DNA from: Bacteroidota bacterium
GTDB lineage: Bacteria; Bacteroidota; Bacteroidia; Chitinophagales; Chitinophagaceae
Length of the DNA stretch: 64,000 bases
Assembly: GCA_026391155.1 (NCBI GenBank)
Contig: JAPLEP010000007.1
Span: forward strand, 1,119-65,118
Reading direction: 5' to 3'
The notes beneath the pieces were generated by a model that saw only the letters and a program-made list of their open reading frames with translations, searched no databases and was not told the DNA's origin. Positions 11,402 to 20,766 of the stretch are shown here, piece after piece (position 1 is the stretch's first letter; each line of letters opens with the position of its first letter). Made by a program: the position numbers and the translations under genes.

Positions 11402-11899
11402 CTAGGACATTAAATCTTGCATCTTTTCAACCAGCTTATAAGTAGCAGGACATAATTCAACGTTTTGTTTGTGTACATGCATATACTCCGTCATTTTTCT
11501 TTTGGTTAAATGCGGGAAACCGGAACAATCCGCAGGTCTTATAGCGTAGATATTACATTTATTCGTTTTCAAATTCAAAAATTGACAAGGCTGTGATTTA
11601 TTCAACCAATCTTTATCTTTCTTATCAAATACCAACCACTTCTCTTTAAAAGCAGCGGGGGTCATTTCAAAATAATGGGCAATTCTTTTAATATCTGTAG
11701 GTGTAAATGTGGGACTCATTGTTTTGCAACAATTGGCACAACTCAAACAATCTATTTCTTTCCAAACTTCAGGACTAAGCTTTTGTGTAATTTGATCTAA
11801 GCCTTTAGGCGTTTTCTTCTCCAACTTTGACAAGAAGGATTTGAATTGTTTAGCATTATATCTAAGTTTTTGCTTAAATGACCTTAAATTTACTTTCAT
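11402..11899 (-). CDS. YkgJ-family cysteine cluster protein
   Basis: CLSCANCC, PCQFL and C.IY..RP..C..FP motifs. Confidence 0.88.
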   Translation of the reverse strand: MKVNLRSFKQKLRYNAKQFKSFLSKLEKKTPKGLDQITQKLSPEVWKEIDCLSCANCCKTMSPTFTPTDIKRIAHYFEMTPAAFKEKWLVFDKKDKDWLNKSQPCQFLNLKTNKCNIYAIRPADCSGFPHLTKRKMTEYMHVHKQNVELCPATYKLVEKMQDLMS

Positions 11900-11964
11900 A
11901 TATAGTTTAATCTGACGCGAAATAATATCATTAAACTATAACTATCAAATCTATTTATACAAAC

Positions 11965-12870
11965 ATGAGCTGGGAGATCTATAAAAAAGGGTTTAAAGCA
12001 TTTTTACAACTTGAAAAATCTTTAAGTGATCACTCCGTGGAAGCTTATTTAAGAGACATCGATAAGTTGACTCAATATTTGGATATCCATGAAAGCAAAC
12101 TATCCCCCGCTGATGTTACTTTACAGCATTTACAAGCCTTTATTCAAAGCATTGGTGCCCTTAATCTTGCACCCACCTCACAAGCCAGAATTATCTCTGG
12201 CATTAAATCTTTTTTTAAATATTGCATCTTGGAGCAAATTTGTACCATCAATCCAACGACCTTATTGAATAGTCCAAAAACTAGAAGAAAATTACCTGAT
12301 GTTTTAAGCTTTGAAGAGATTGAACAATTGATTGCCCAGATTGATCTAAGTAAACCTGAAGGTGGCCGAAATAAAGCCATTTTAGAAACTATGTACAGCT
12401 CTGGACTAAGGGTAACCGAAGCCATTAACTTAAAAATTTCTTGCTTGCATTTAGAAGTTGGCTTTATTCGGGTAATTGGGAAAGGCGATAAGGAAAGATT
12501 GGTACCTATTGGCGCTGATGCCATTAAATTTATAAAATTATATAAGGACACCATCAGAGTTCATCAAACCCCTGCCAAAAATTTTGAAGACATTTTATTT
12601 TTAAACAATCGAGGCAAGACATTAAGCAGGGTGATGATTTTTTATATCATCAAAGCTTTGATTTTAAAAACCGGTATCAAAAAATCCATCTCCCCCCATA
12701 GTTTTAGACATTCCTTTGCTACCCATTTAGTAGAAGGGGGGGCCGATTTGAGAGCGGTACAAGAAATGCTAGGCCATGAGAGCATTACCACCACCGAAAT
12801 ATATACGCATATCAATCGTGAATACCTCAGAGATACCTTAGATCGATTCCACCCTGCCTTTAAAAAATAA
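11965..12870 (+). CDS. xerD: Site-specific tyrosine recombinase XerD
   Basis: 301 aa; SAM-like N-terminus, GLRVTE, GKGDKERLVP, PHSFRHSFATHL, LRAVQEMLGH and TEIY motifs. Confidence 0.88.
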   Translation: MSWEIYKKGFKAFLQLEKSLSDHSVEAYLRDIDKLTQYLDIHESKLSPADVTLQHLQAFIQSIGALNLAPTSQARIISGIKSFFKYCILEQICTINPTTLLNSPKTRRKLPDVLSFEEIEQLIAQIDLSKPEGGRNKAILETMYSSGLRVTEAINLKISCLHLEVGFIRVIGKGDKERLVPIGADAIKFIKLYKDTIRVHQTPAKNFEDILFLNNRGKTLSRVMIFYIIKALILKTGIKKSISPHSFRHSFATHLVEGGADLRAVQEMLGHESITTTEIYTHINREYLRDTLDRFHPAFKK

Positions 12871-12929
12871 GCTAAATTCTGCTTAAACTATCTTAAAATC
12901 AGTTAGGTTTGTTGTCTAAAATTAATCAA

Positions 12930-13772
12930 ATGAAAAAAATACTTTTTGTACTAGCTACCCTATTTAGCTTTGCTGCAAATGCGCAGGTTAAAATGCCTTC
13001 TGCTAGTCCTACGCAAACCCTTATACAAGATTTCGGTTTAGGTAAAATTGAAATAGTATATTCAAGACCAGGTTTAAAAGGTCGTGCTGCTTTTGGTATT
13101 GGAACCTTATTGGCGCCAACAGGAATTGTATGGAGAACTGGCGCCAATGGCGCTACTAAGGTTACTTTCTCTCATCCTGTAACCATTGGTGATAAAACTT
13201 TACCAGCAGGTGCCTATGGTTTGTTTACTATTCCTGGGGAAAAAGAATGGACAGTCATTTTTAATAGCAATTCTAAAGGTTGGGGAAGTTTTAGTTACAA
13301 TGAAGCAGAAGATGTGGTACGTGTAAAAGTTAAACCTGAAACCACTAGTAATAGTTCTGAAACCTTTACTATTGGTATTGGTAACATTACTCCTGAAACT
13401 GCTACTATTTCCTTGAAATGGGCCAACACCTTGGTGAATGTGCCTATCCAAACTGATATTAAATCTATTATTCGCAAACAAGTGGAAACCTCTACTACAG
13501 GAACTTCTGTAAAAGACGGAGCTTACCAAGATGCTGCCAATTTCTATTTTGATATGGATAAAGATTATGACAAGGCCTTAGTTTTTGTAGATAAAGCCAT
13601 TCAATCTGCGCCAAATGCCTATTGGTTGCTTTTATTGAAAGCCAAAACACAAAAAGCCTTGGGAGATAAAAAAGGTGCCAAAACAAGTGCCGAAGCTTGT
13701 ATCAAATTGGCAGAAGCTGGAAAGAACGCAGATTATGTTCGTTCTGCGACTGAGTTGATTGCGTCTCTATAA
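12930..13772 (+). CDS. DUF2911 domain secreted protein with C-terminal TPR-like region
   Basis: Signal peptide, then SP...Q, YSRP, WRTGAN and G.YGLFTIP motifs. Confidence 0.88.
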   Translation: MKKILFVLATLFSFAANAQVKMPSASPTQTLIQDFGLGKIEIVYSRPGLKGRAAFGIGTLLAPTGIVWRTGANGATKVTFSHPVTIGDKTLPAGAYGLFTIPGEKEWTVIFNSNSKGWGSFSYNEAEDVVRVKVKPETTSNSSETFTIGIGNITPETATISLKWANTLVNVPIQTDIKSIIRKQVETSTTGTSVKDGAYQDAANFYFDMDKDYDKALVFVDKAIQSAPNAYWLLLLKAKTQKALGDKKGAKTSAEACIKLAEAGKNADYVRSATELIASL

Positions 13773-13793
13773 TTATAGAAATAGTTAAATATT

Positions 13794-13830
13794 AAAAAGA
13801 GTCCCGAGAATCACTTGGGACTCTTTTTTT
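13794..13830 (+). terminator. Intrinsic terminator
   Basis: AAAAAGAGTCCCGAG-AATCA-CTTGGGACTCTTTTTTT hairpin with T-tract. Confidence 0.8.
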
Positions 13831-13831
13831 G

Positions 13832-13839
13832 TACATTTG
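13832..13839 (+). promoter_or_regulatory. -7 promoter element for tRNA-Leu
   Basis: TACATTTG (TAnnTTTG), 10 nt upstream of the tRNA. Confidence 0.65.
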
Positions 13840-13849
13840 CAAGTCCAAC

Positions 13850-13935
13850 GCGTAGGTGGCGAAATTGGTAGACGCACTACCTTGAGGTGGTAGCGCCCAT
13901 ACCCGGGCGTGGGAGTTCGAATCTCCTCTTCCGCA
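13850..13935 (+). tRNA. tRNA-Leu (anticodon GAG), CCA not encoded
   Basis: D-arm TGGCGAAATTGGTAGACGC, anticodon arm CTACC-TTGAGGT-GGTAG, long variable arm, T-arm GGGAG-TTCGAAT-CTCCT and discriminator A. Confidence 0.96.
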
Positions 13936-14106
13936 CAAACCCTGTCATAAAAATGACGGAGTTTTTTGCTTAGAAGCTGTGTCAAAAGCTTGCTTTTGTA
14001 AACAGATGAGAAGCAAAAAACCCAACGATCCCGCAAAGCGGGATTGTTGTGAGGGTTTGAGTAAGCCACCCATTTAGATCAGCGAACGAAGTGAGCTAAT
14101 CTAAAT
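13936..14106 (+). other. Structured non-coding element downstream of tRNA-Leu (several nested hairpins)
   Basis: Stems at 13961-13971/14011-14021 (inner CAAAAGC/GCTTTTG), 14023-14034/14038-14049, 13936-13943/14052-14059 and 14072-14106. Confidence 0.7.
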
Positions 14107-14124
14107 CTTTATTATATTTGTAAC

Positions 14125-15330
14125 ATGTCCAATTACAACGTCACCTGCCCTAAATGCCAACACAACTTCGAGCCTACCGATGCTATCAGAGAAGAAGTGG
14201 AAAAAGAACTGCGCGGTAAAATGACCGACTGGCAAAAAAAGAAAGAAGAAGAAACTACTATATTGTTGGCAGAACAAAAATTAACAATTGAAAATGAATT
14301 GGCAGAAAAATTAAAAAAAGATTTAGGTGCTCAGTACGACCATAAAATAAAAGTGATGCAGCAAAACGAGTCTGCCATGAGTAAGCAAGTAAAAGAATTT
14401 CAAGAAAAAGAATTAGACTTTCTAAAGCAAGTACAAGTCATTCAAGCCAAAGAAGCTGAATTGGAATTAGAGCTACAAAGAAAATTAGTCAAAGAAAGAG
14501 AAAGCTTAAAAGCTCAAATCCAAAAAGAAGAATTAGAACGCGGTTCGTTAAAAGACCAAGAATACCAATTAAAGGTGAAGGAATTAGAAAAACAATTGGA
14601 CGACCAAAGAAAATTGGCTGACGAAATGAAGCGCAAGGCCGAACAAGGCAGTATGCAAATGCAAGGCGAGGTACAAGAATTGTTGTTAGAGGAATTATTA
14701 AAATCAAGTTTCCCTTTTGATGAAATAGTAGAAGTGGGCAAAGGCGTAAGAGGGGCCGATTGTATTCAAGTGGTTCGAAATAATTTAGGGCAAGAAGCAG
14801 GTAAAATTATTTACGAAAGTAAAAGAACCACCGCATTTGCACAAGAATGGATTGAAAAATTAAAAGCAGACATGCGCAGTCAAGGGGCAGACATTGCCAT
14901 CATTGTTACACAAGCATTTCCTAAAGACATGGATAGATTTGGAGAAAAAGACGGCGTATACATTTGCTCTTTTCAAGAAGTTAAAAGTGTTGCCTTATTA
15001 TTAAGAAATGCGATTCTAAAAATCTATGACACCAAAAAGAGTCAAGTCAATAAAGGAGACAAAATGAGTTTTTTGTATGACTACTTAACCAGCAATGAAT
15101 TTAGCGAACAATGGAAAGCGGTGGGTGAAGGGTTTAGACAAATGCGCTCTAGTATTCAAAAGGAAAGAGACGCAATGGAAAAACTTTGGAAAGCTAGAGA
15201 AAAGCAACTCGAAAAAGTATTGTTAAATGCGATGCACATAAAAGGATCTATTGAAGGTATTGCTGGTGCTGACGCCATTCACTTAGATTTATTAGAGGAT
15301 GATACCACACTTGAACTAGAAGAAGAATAA
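14125..15330 (+). CDS. DUF2130 domain coiled-coil protein
   Basis: N-terminal CPKC, long coiled coil, then QGSMQMQGEVQE, KGVRGADC and IIYESKRT. Confidence 0.88.
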   Translation: MSNYNVTCPKCQHNFEPTDAIREEVEKELRGKMTDWQKKKEEETTILLAEQKLTIENELAEKLKKDLGAQYDHKIKVMQQNESAMSKQVKEFQEKELDFLKQVQVIQAKEAELELELQRKLVKERESLKAQIQKEELERGSLKDQEYQLKVKELEKQLDDQRKLADEMKRKAEQGSMQMQGEVQELLLEELLKSSFPFDEIVEVGKGVRGADCIQVVRNNLGQEAGKIIYESKRTTAFAQEWIEKLKADMRSQGADIAIIVTQAFPKDMDRFGEKDGVYICSFQEVKSVALLLRNAILKIYDTKKSQVNKGDKMSFLYDYLTSNEFSEQWKAVGEGFRQMRSSIQKERDAMEKLWKAREKQLEKVLLNAMHIKGSIEGIAGADAIHLDLLEDDTTLELEEE

Positions 15331-15345
15331 CAGTCTAAAGAATGT

Positions 15346-15969
15346 TTATTGATAACAAGTGACGCAGACGTAATCCGTTCCAAAATGATAGTCTAAACTT
15401 ACATTGATTTTATTTCCTTTATGTAAAATTTCTGCTGGCATAGTACCCCTTTCTCCCTTCGTTAATTCAAGGATATTAAAATCCTTTGCAAAATCAATCC
15501 CCAATTGTTCATGCTTTTTATACATGGATTCCTTGGCTGCCCATAAAAATGCCAACTGATTCAATTGATCCTTTTCGTCCAAATCAGCAATCATTGATTT
15601 CTCCTGGGCATTTAAAAATTTATGCGCCACTTTAGCAATACGCGGATGTATGATTTCAATATCTATCCCTATAGGTTGGTCATCTACTGCACAAGCTGCA
15701 TAACCTTTACAATGTGAAAATGAAAAATGAAAAGGCAATCCAATTAAATAGGGTTTCCCATTATCAGCCATCACCAATTGATTCAAATTAGCTGCTGGCA
15801 TCATTAATTTAAATAGCAACCTAACGGCCAAATGTTGTGTCCTTCTTTCCTCATTGGCAATGGGAACAGCAAGTTGCACATCTGTCTCAAAAAAAGACGC
15901 AGGTTCTTGAATAGCCCAAATGGCTAGATGAGCTGTCTCGTTAATATTTTGTTGATAAAAGAAAGGCAT
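15346..15969 (-). CDS. 4'-phosphopantetheinyl transferase (Sfp type)
   Basis: NGKPYL, SFSH, IGIDIE and WAAKES.YK motifs. Confidence 0.88.
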   Translation of the reverse strand: MPFFYQQNINETAHLAIWAIQEPASFFETDVQLAVPIANEERRTQHLAVRLLFKLMMPAANLNQLVMADNGKPYLIGLPFHFSFSHCKGYAACAVDDQPIGIDIEIIHPRIAKVAHKFLNAQEKSMIADLDEKDQLNQLAFLWAAKESMYKKHEQLGIDFAKDFNILELTKGERGTMPAEILHKGNKINVSLDYHFGTDYVCVTCYQ

Positions 15970-16025
15970 TTTGAATTAGATTGCGGTCAGTTTTAAAGAC
16001 CGAAATTAAACATAAATCGATTAAG

Positions 16026-16562
16026 ATGATATTATCAGATTCACGCATACTAGAAGAAATTCAAAAAGGAACCATTAAAATTGAACCTTACGATCGCAAA
16101 GACTTAGGCAGCAATAGCTATGACGTGCATTTGGGCAAATGGTTGGCTACTTATGATAATAATATTTTAGACGCGAAAGCACATAATACGATTACTTATT
16201 TTGAAATACCTGAGGAAGGTTTTGTTTTAGAACCCACCGGATTTTATTTAGGCGTTACTTTGGAATACACCGAAACACATGCACATGTTCCATTTTTAGA
16301 AGGCAAGTCTTCTACCGGAAGATTAGGTATTGACATTCATGCCACTGCAGGTAAAGGCGATGTTGGATTTTGTGGTTATTGGACATTAGAAATTTCTGTA
16401 AAGCAACCTGTTCGTATTTACAAAGGCATGCCTATTGGACAATTGATTTATTTCCCAGTGGATGGAGAGATTGAAGTTAAATACAATCAAAAGAAAAACG
16501 CTAAATATAGCGGACAACCGGAGAAGCCTATTGAGAGTATGATGTGGAAGAATAAGTTTTAG
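16026..16562 (+). CDS. dcd: dCTP deaminase
   Basis: MILSD..I, NSYDVHLG, EGKSSTGRLG, TLE and IGQL motifs. Start moved to ATG 16026. Confidence 0.95.
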   Translation: MILSDSRILEEIQKGTIKIEPYDRKDLGSNSYDVHLGKWLATYDNNILDAKAHNTITYFEIPEEGFVLEPTGFYLGVTLEYTETHAHVPFLEGKSSTGRLGIDIHATAGKGDVGFCGYWTLEISVKQPVRIYKGMPIGQLIYFPVDGEIEVKYNQKKNAKYSGQPEKPIESMMWKNKF

Positions 16563-16573
16563 TTATTGCTGCA

Positions 16574-17713
16574 TTATTTTGAGCGATAAGCCAAGGCCCA
16601 CAACAAGACATCATTGTAGCTTTCAATCCCTTTTGATTGCTTATTCCATTGCAGAAATTGATTGTACATGGAAGTGGAAGCAGGTATCAATAAGCCCTGT
16701 CTCTCCAAGAAAAATAATTTGATTTTTTTACGGTCTTCAAGCACTTTAGGAGAAAGCAAATGCTTGTTTCTATCAATGAGTTTTTTCCAATTTTCAAAAT
16801 CGCCTGTTTTGACCACTGCACTCAATTCTGCACTTTGCGCATAGGTAAACAATTGCAAAAGCATAGAATACTTAAAAACAATATTTTTAGATTCTTCACC
16901 TAGGACAAAGGCAATAAAATTGGCTTCTGTTTCAGAGGCATAACCCAATTGATGGGCAATTTCATGACTGACCGTATAGGGCAAGGTTAAAATGGGCAAG
17001 TCTCCCCTAATGATGGCTTCCCCGGTGAGTGGCTGATAAAAAGCCATAAAGCCTAAATAATCCCCCATAGAAGGGAATTTAGATAGTTTTAAGCAAGCTT
17101 GGCTATAGTTTAAAAAAGGATATAGCGTTTTAATTTGATCATATTCATGAATAGCCTCGGTAAAAATCTGTTCATTTGACAGCTGAACTAGGGCTGAATC
17201 GTTGATATTTTCCCTGGTTTCATTTAATTCTTTGATCAATTGCAGGGTTAATTGTTCAATAGCCACCTCATCGTAGGCTTCTTTGACTGTTAAATTAAAT
17301 TGCTTGGCGGGACTTGCTTGCTGATAATTCAAGCCCCAAATAAGCATAAATAAAACATACAACTGAACCAAGTATTTTGCTGATTTTATGGCTATAGTTT
17401 TAACTATAGAGGTAACCGAGTGTTGATTATTAATTTTATTTTTATATTTAATTAAACCTCTTATAATATTGATAATCAACATTATAATCATAAATAAATA
17501 TAAATATTCCCCAAGGGCCTGAGGAGCTAAGCTACTCACCATTCTAAGCTGTTGACTGAACCATGTAAAAAAGCCATGGGTATAATAATGACTGACCCAA
17601 TCAGGGAACTGGGCAGCAATGAGTATAATTAATGCTAGAACATACCATGCCCAATAGGCGACCCTTTTGAGTAATAAAGGCAGTTGAAGCTGGAATTTTC
17701 TAGAATTGGGCAT
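16574..17713 (-). CDS. DUF3810 domain membrane protein (HEXXH zincin-like)
   Basis: WGLNY, P.TGEA and HEIAHQLGYASETEANF motifs. Start likely ATG 17713. Confidence 0.85.
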   Translation of the reverse strand: MPNSRKFQLQLPLLLKRVAYWAWYVLALIILIAAQFPDWVSHYYTHGFFTWFSQQLRMVSSLAPQALGEYLYLFMIIMLIINIIRGLIKYKNKINNQHSVTSIVKTIAIKSAKYLVQLYVLFMLIWGLNYQQASPAKQFNLTVKEAYDEVAIEQLTLQLIKELNETRENINDSALVQLSNEQIFTEAIHEYDQIKTLYPFLNYSQACLKLSKFPSMGDYLGFMAFYQPLTGEAIIRGDLPILTLPYTVSHEIAHQLGYASETEANFIAFVLGEESKNIVFKYSMLLQLFTYAQSAELSAVVKTGDFENWKKLIDRNKHLLSPKVLEDRKKIKLFFLERQGLLIPASTSMYNQFLQWNKQSKGIESYNDVLLWALAYRSK

Positions 17714-17797
17714 GAATTTATATAATGGTGTAAAAGTAGGATAAACTTTGTCTTTTGGTTGGTTTTTACTAACTTTGCCACCCTTATAAGTACGGTT

Positions 17798-18367
17798 ATG
17801 AACCAAAACAGGGCTTACGAAATAGCATTTGTGGGTTTAAGACCCGGTTTACATGAGTTTGAATACCGTATAGAGGACAAGTTCTTTGCCGATTTTGGAC
17901 CACAAGACTTTAGCAATTGTGCGACCACTGTTAAACTTAATTTAGATAAGAAACAGGGGTTTTTACAGCTGCATTTTGATGTGGATGGAGCAATCGATAC
18001 CCTTTGTGACCGTTGTGGCAACCCCCTCACTGTTCAACTCTGGGACGAATTTAACTTGATTGTTAAATTGGTCGAAGATCCCATCACCATGAATAGTCAG
18101 GAAGAAGATCCAGACATTTTCTATATAGATAAAGGCGAAAGCCATTTTTCTATTGCGAATTGGATTTTCGAATTCATCAATTTAAGTATCCCCTTACAGC
18201 ATATTTGTAAGCTCAACGAGAAAGGTGAATCCACCTGCAACAAAAAAGTATTGGAAACTTTAAATAAATTCAAAACTAACCAAATTGAAATCAACAACAA
18301 GAACATTTGGAAAGGCCTAGAGCAATTTAAAGATTTAGAGGATCCCAATGAAGCGACCAACCATTAG
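17798..18367 (+). CDS. YceD/DUF177 family protein
   Basis: F.GL..G.HEFEY and CDRC motifs; upstream of rpmF; preceded by TAACTTTG at 17770-17777. Confidence 0.9.
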   Translation: MNQNRAYEIAFVGLRPGLHEFEYRIEDKFFADFGPQDFSNCATTVKLNLDKKQGFLQLHFDVDGAIDTLCDRCGNPLTVQLWDEFNLIVKLVEDPITMNSQEEDPDIFYIDKGESHFSIANWIFEFINLSIPLQHICKLNEKGESTCNKKVLETLNKFKTNQIEINNKNIWKGLEQFKDLEDPNEATNH

Positions 18368-18403
18368 AAACGAATATTAAATAATAATTTTAAAACATAA
18401 GAG

Positions 18404-18598
18404 ATGCCTAATCCTAAACGCAGACACTCGCAACAACGTAGCGCTAAAAGAAGAACCCATTATGTAGCTCAAGAAGTTACACTAAGCAAAGATGGCACTA
18501 CTGGTGAAATCCATGTACGTCATCGTGCGCATGTACAAGAAGGTAAATTGTATTACAAAGGCCTTTTAGTAAGCGAAAAAGCGCCATTAAAAGCTTAA
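18404..18598 (+). CDS. rpmF: 50S ribosomal protein L32
   Basis: MPNPKRRHSQQRSAKRRTH...HRA..LYYKG; zinc-free (Cys-less) variant. Confidence 0.96.
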   Translation: MPNPKRRHSQQRSAKRRTHYVAQEVTLSKDGTTGEIHVRHRAHVQEGKLYYKGLLVSEKAPLKA

Positions 18599-18609
18599 TT
18601 GCATTTTAA

Positions 18610-19551
18610 ATGAATATTGGCATCGATATGATGGGTGGAGATTACGCTCCATTAGAAGCTGTCAAAGGCGTTCAACAATATTTAGCAAAGTCTGAAAATC
18701 ATATTTTTTGTATTGGTGATGAAATCCAGTTGAATGAATTGTTTCAACAACATGGACTTTCCTCACCATTTTTGCATTTGGTACATGCCCCTGAAGTAAT
18801 TGGTTATCATGAACACCCAACCAAGGCTTTAAAAGAAAAACCAAATTCTTCCATTGCCATCGGTTTTAAACTATTGGCTACAGGAGCACTAGACGCCTTT
18901 TTAAGCGCCGGTAATACAGGCGCTATGTTAGTAGGTGCCATGTTTACCATCAAACCAATCAAAGGCGTATTAAGACCTACCATTGCTTCCCTTCTTCCAA
19001 AACTAAATGGCAAAACGGGTATTCTAGTAGATGTAGGATTAAATGCCGATTGCAAACCAGAACAATTAAATCAGTTTGCTATTTTAGGCAACTTATATGC
19101 TAAGCATATTTTAAATATCGAAAACCCTTCAGTAGGTTTATTGAATGTGGGAGAAGAAGAAGGAAAAGGTAATATATTGGCACAAGCCACCTACCCTTTA
19201 CTAAAAGAAAATAATGCCATTAGATTTATCGGAAATGTAGAAGGTAGAGATGTATTTAATGACAAAGCAGACGTTATTGTTTGTGATGGTTTCACTGGCA
19301 ATATTCTTTTAAAAACTGCCGAAGCCATGTACGATGCTGCAGTACATCAAAATTTACAAAACGATTCTTTTTTTGGTCGCTATCATTTTGAAAATTACGG
19401 AGGCACTCCTGTTTTAGGGATTAATCAACCAGTGATTATTGGTCATGGCATCAGCAATGCCAAAGCCTTCTTTAATATGATTTTACTTGCAGAAAAAATG
19501 ATTGAAACTAAATTCTGCTCCATCATTACCAGCAATTTCGAAAATATTTAA
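18610..19551 (+). CDS. plsX: Phosphate acyltransferase PlsX
   Basis: IDMMGGDYAP, SAGNTGA, LLNVGEEEGKG and CDGFTGNILLK motifs. Confidence 0.96.
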   Translation: MNIGIDMMGGDYAPLEAVKGVQQYLAKSENHIFCIGDEIQLNELFQQHGLSSPFLHLVHAPEVIGYHEHPTKALKEKPNSSIAIGFKLLATGALDAFLSAGNTGAMLVGAMFTIKPIKGVLRPTIASLLPKLNGKTGILVDVGLNADCKPEQLNQFAILGNLYAKHILNIENPSVGLLNVGEEEGKGNILAQATYPLLKENNAIRFIGNVEGRDVFNDKADVIVCDGFTGNILLKTAEAMYDAAVHQNLQNDSFFGRYHFENYGGTPVLGINQPVIIGHGISNAKAFFNMILLAEKMIETKFCSIITSNFENI

Positions 19552-19662
19552 GCAGTCCTTAGTTTTGGGATGCAAGTTTATATACCTTCTCCAGTATTAG
19601 TTTCTAGTTTTATTCTTTATAATTAGCTTAATTTTGTCCAAGCAAAAAAATGCTTTTACCCT

Positions 19663-20637
19663 ATGTGGCTAAACAATATTCTAGAAACCATTGGCAATAC
19701 TCCTTTAATCAAATTAAATAAGCTTACTGCCTATATACCCGCCACTGTTTTAGCCAAGGTAGATTATTTCAATCCCGGCAATTCCATTAAAGATAGAATG
19801 GCCTTGAAAATGGTAGAAGTAGCAGAGGCAGAAGGAAAATTAAAACCTGGTGGTACTATCATAGAATGCACCAGCGGAAATACAGGCATGGGACTTGCCT
19901 TAGTGGCCATCGTAAAAGGATACCAATGCATATTTACCACTACCGATAAGCAGAGCAAAGAAAAAATAGACATATTAAGAGCGGTGGGTGCAGAAGTCAT
20001 TGTTTGTCCTACCAATGTTGCGCCTGAGGATCCCAAAAGTTATTATTCGGTAGCCAGAAAATTAGCGGCAGAAATTCCCAATTCTTATTTCTTCAATCAG
20101 TATGATAATTTGGCCAACCGTCAAGCCCATTATGAAAGCACGGGTCCAGAAATTTGGGATCAAACAGAAGGAAAAATAACCCATTTAGTTTGTACTGCAG
20201 GTACAGGAGGAACAATAACAGGCATTGCAAAATATTTAAAAGAGCAGAATCCATCCATTAAAGTTTGGGCGATCGATCCAATTGGCTCTCTATTGACCCA
20301 TTTTTTTGAAACTGGGATTGAGGATCATGCCTATGTGCAGCCCTATATAGCAGAAGGCTTTGGAGAAGATTTTATTCCAAAAAATTATGACATGACCTTG
20401 ATTGATCATTTTGAACAAGTATCAGATAAAGATGGTGCGCTGATGACGCGTCGTTTGGCTAAAGAAGAAGGCTTGTTTTGCGGCTATAGTGCTGGCAGCT
20501 GTTTGCAGGGACTTCATCAACTGAGCGTTCAATTAAAGCCCTCAGATCTAGTGGTTTGCATTTTGCATGACCATGGCAGTAGATATATTGGAAAAGTTTA
20601 CAATGACGAATGGATGCGAAGCAAAGGTTTTATTTAA
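19663..20637 (+). CDS. PLP-dependent cysteine synthase/cystathionine beta-synthase family protein
   Basis: IGNTPL, NPGNSIKDRMA, TSGNTG, GTGGT and DHGSRY motifs; no C-terminal CBS domains. Confidence 0.9.
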   Translation: MWLNNILETIGNTPLIKLNKLTAYIPATVLAKVDYFNPGNSIKDRMALKMVEVAEAEGKLKPGGTIIECTSGNTGMGLALVAIVKGYQCIFTTTDKQSKEKIDILRAVGAEVIVCPTNVAPEDPKSYYSVARKLAAEIPNSYFFNQYDNLANRQAHYESTGPEIWDQTEGKITHLVCTAGTGGTITGIAKYLKEQNPSIKVWAIDPIGSLLTHFFETGIEDHAYVQPYIAEGFGEDFIPKNYDMTLIDHFEQVSDKDGALMTRRLAKEEGLFCGYSAGSCLQGLHQLSVQLKPSDLVVCILHDHGSRYIGKVYNDEWMRSKGFI

Positions 20638-20766
20638 ATCATTCATTATCAAACTAAAATGTGGGTATTCCCTTATTTTTTGGGGATTATTTAAGCGCTT
20701 TAAAAGGCCGAAGGCTAACATTCGTTTGGGGCATAAATCTTATATTTGCCACTCAATTAATAAACT

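Noticed and set aside
11965-12870. Tyrosine recombinase about 1 kb from a tRNA as a possible island integrase
   Set aside because: Length and motifs fit chromosomal XerD; no att duplication or cargo genes were seen and the neighbours are core genes.
13785-14069. 94-aa minus-strand ORF
   Set aside because: Antisense to the tRNA, terminator and structured element; no protein-like features.
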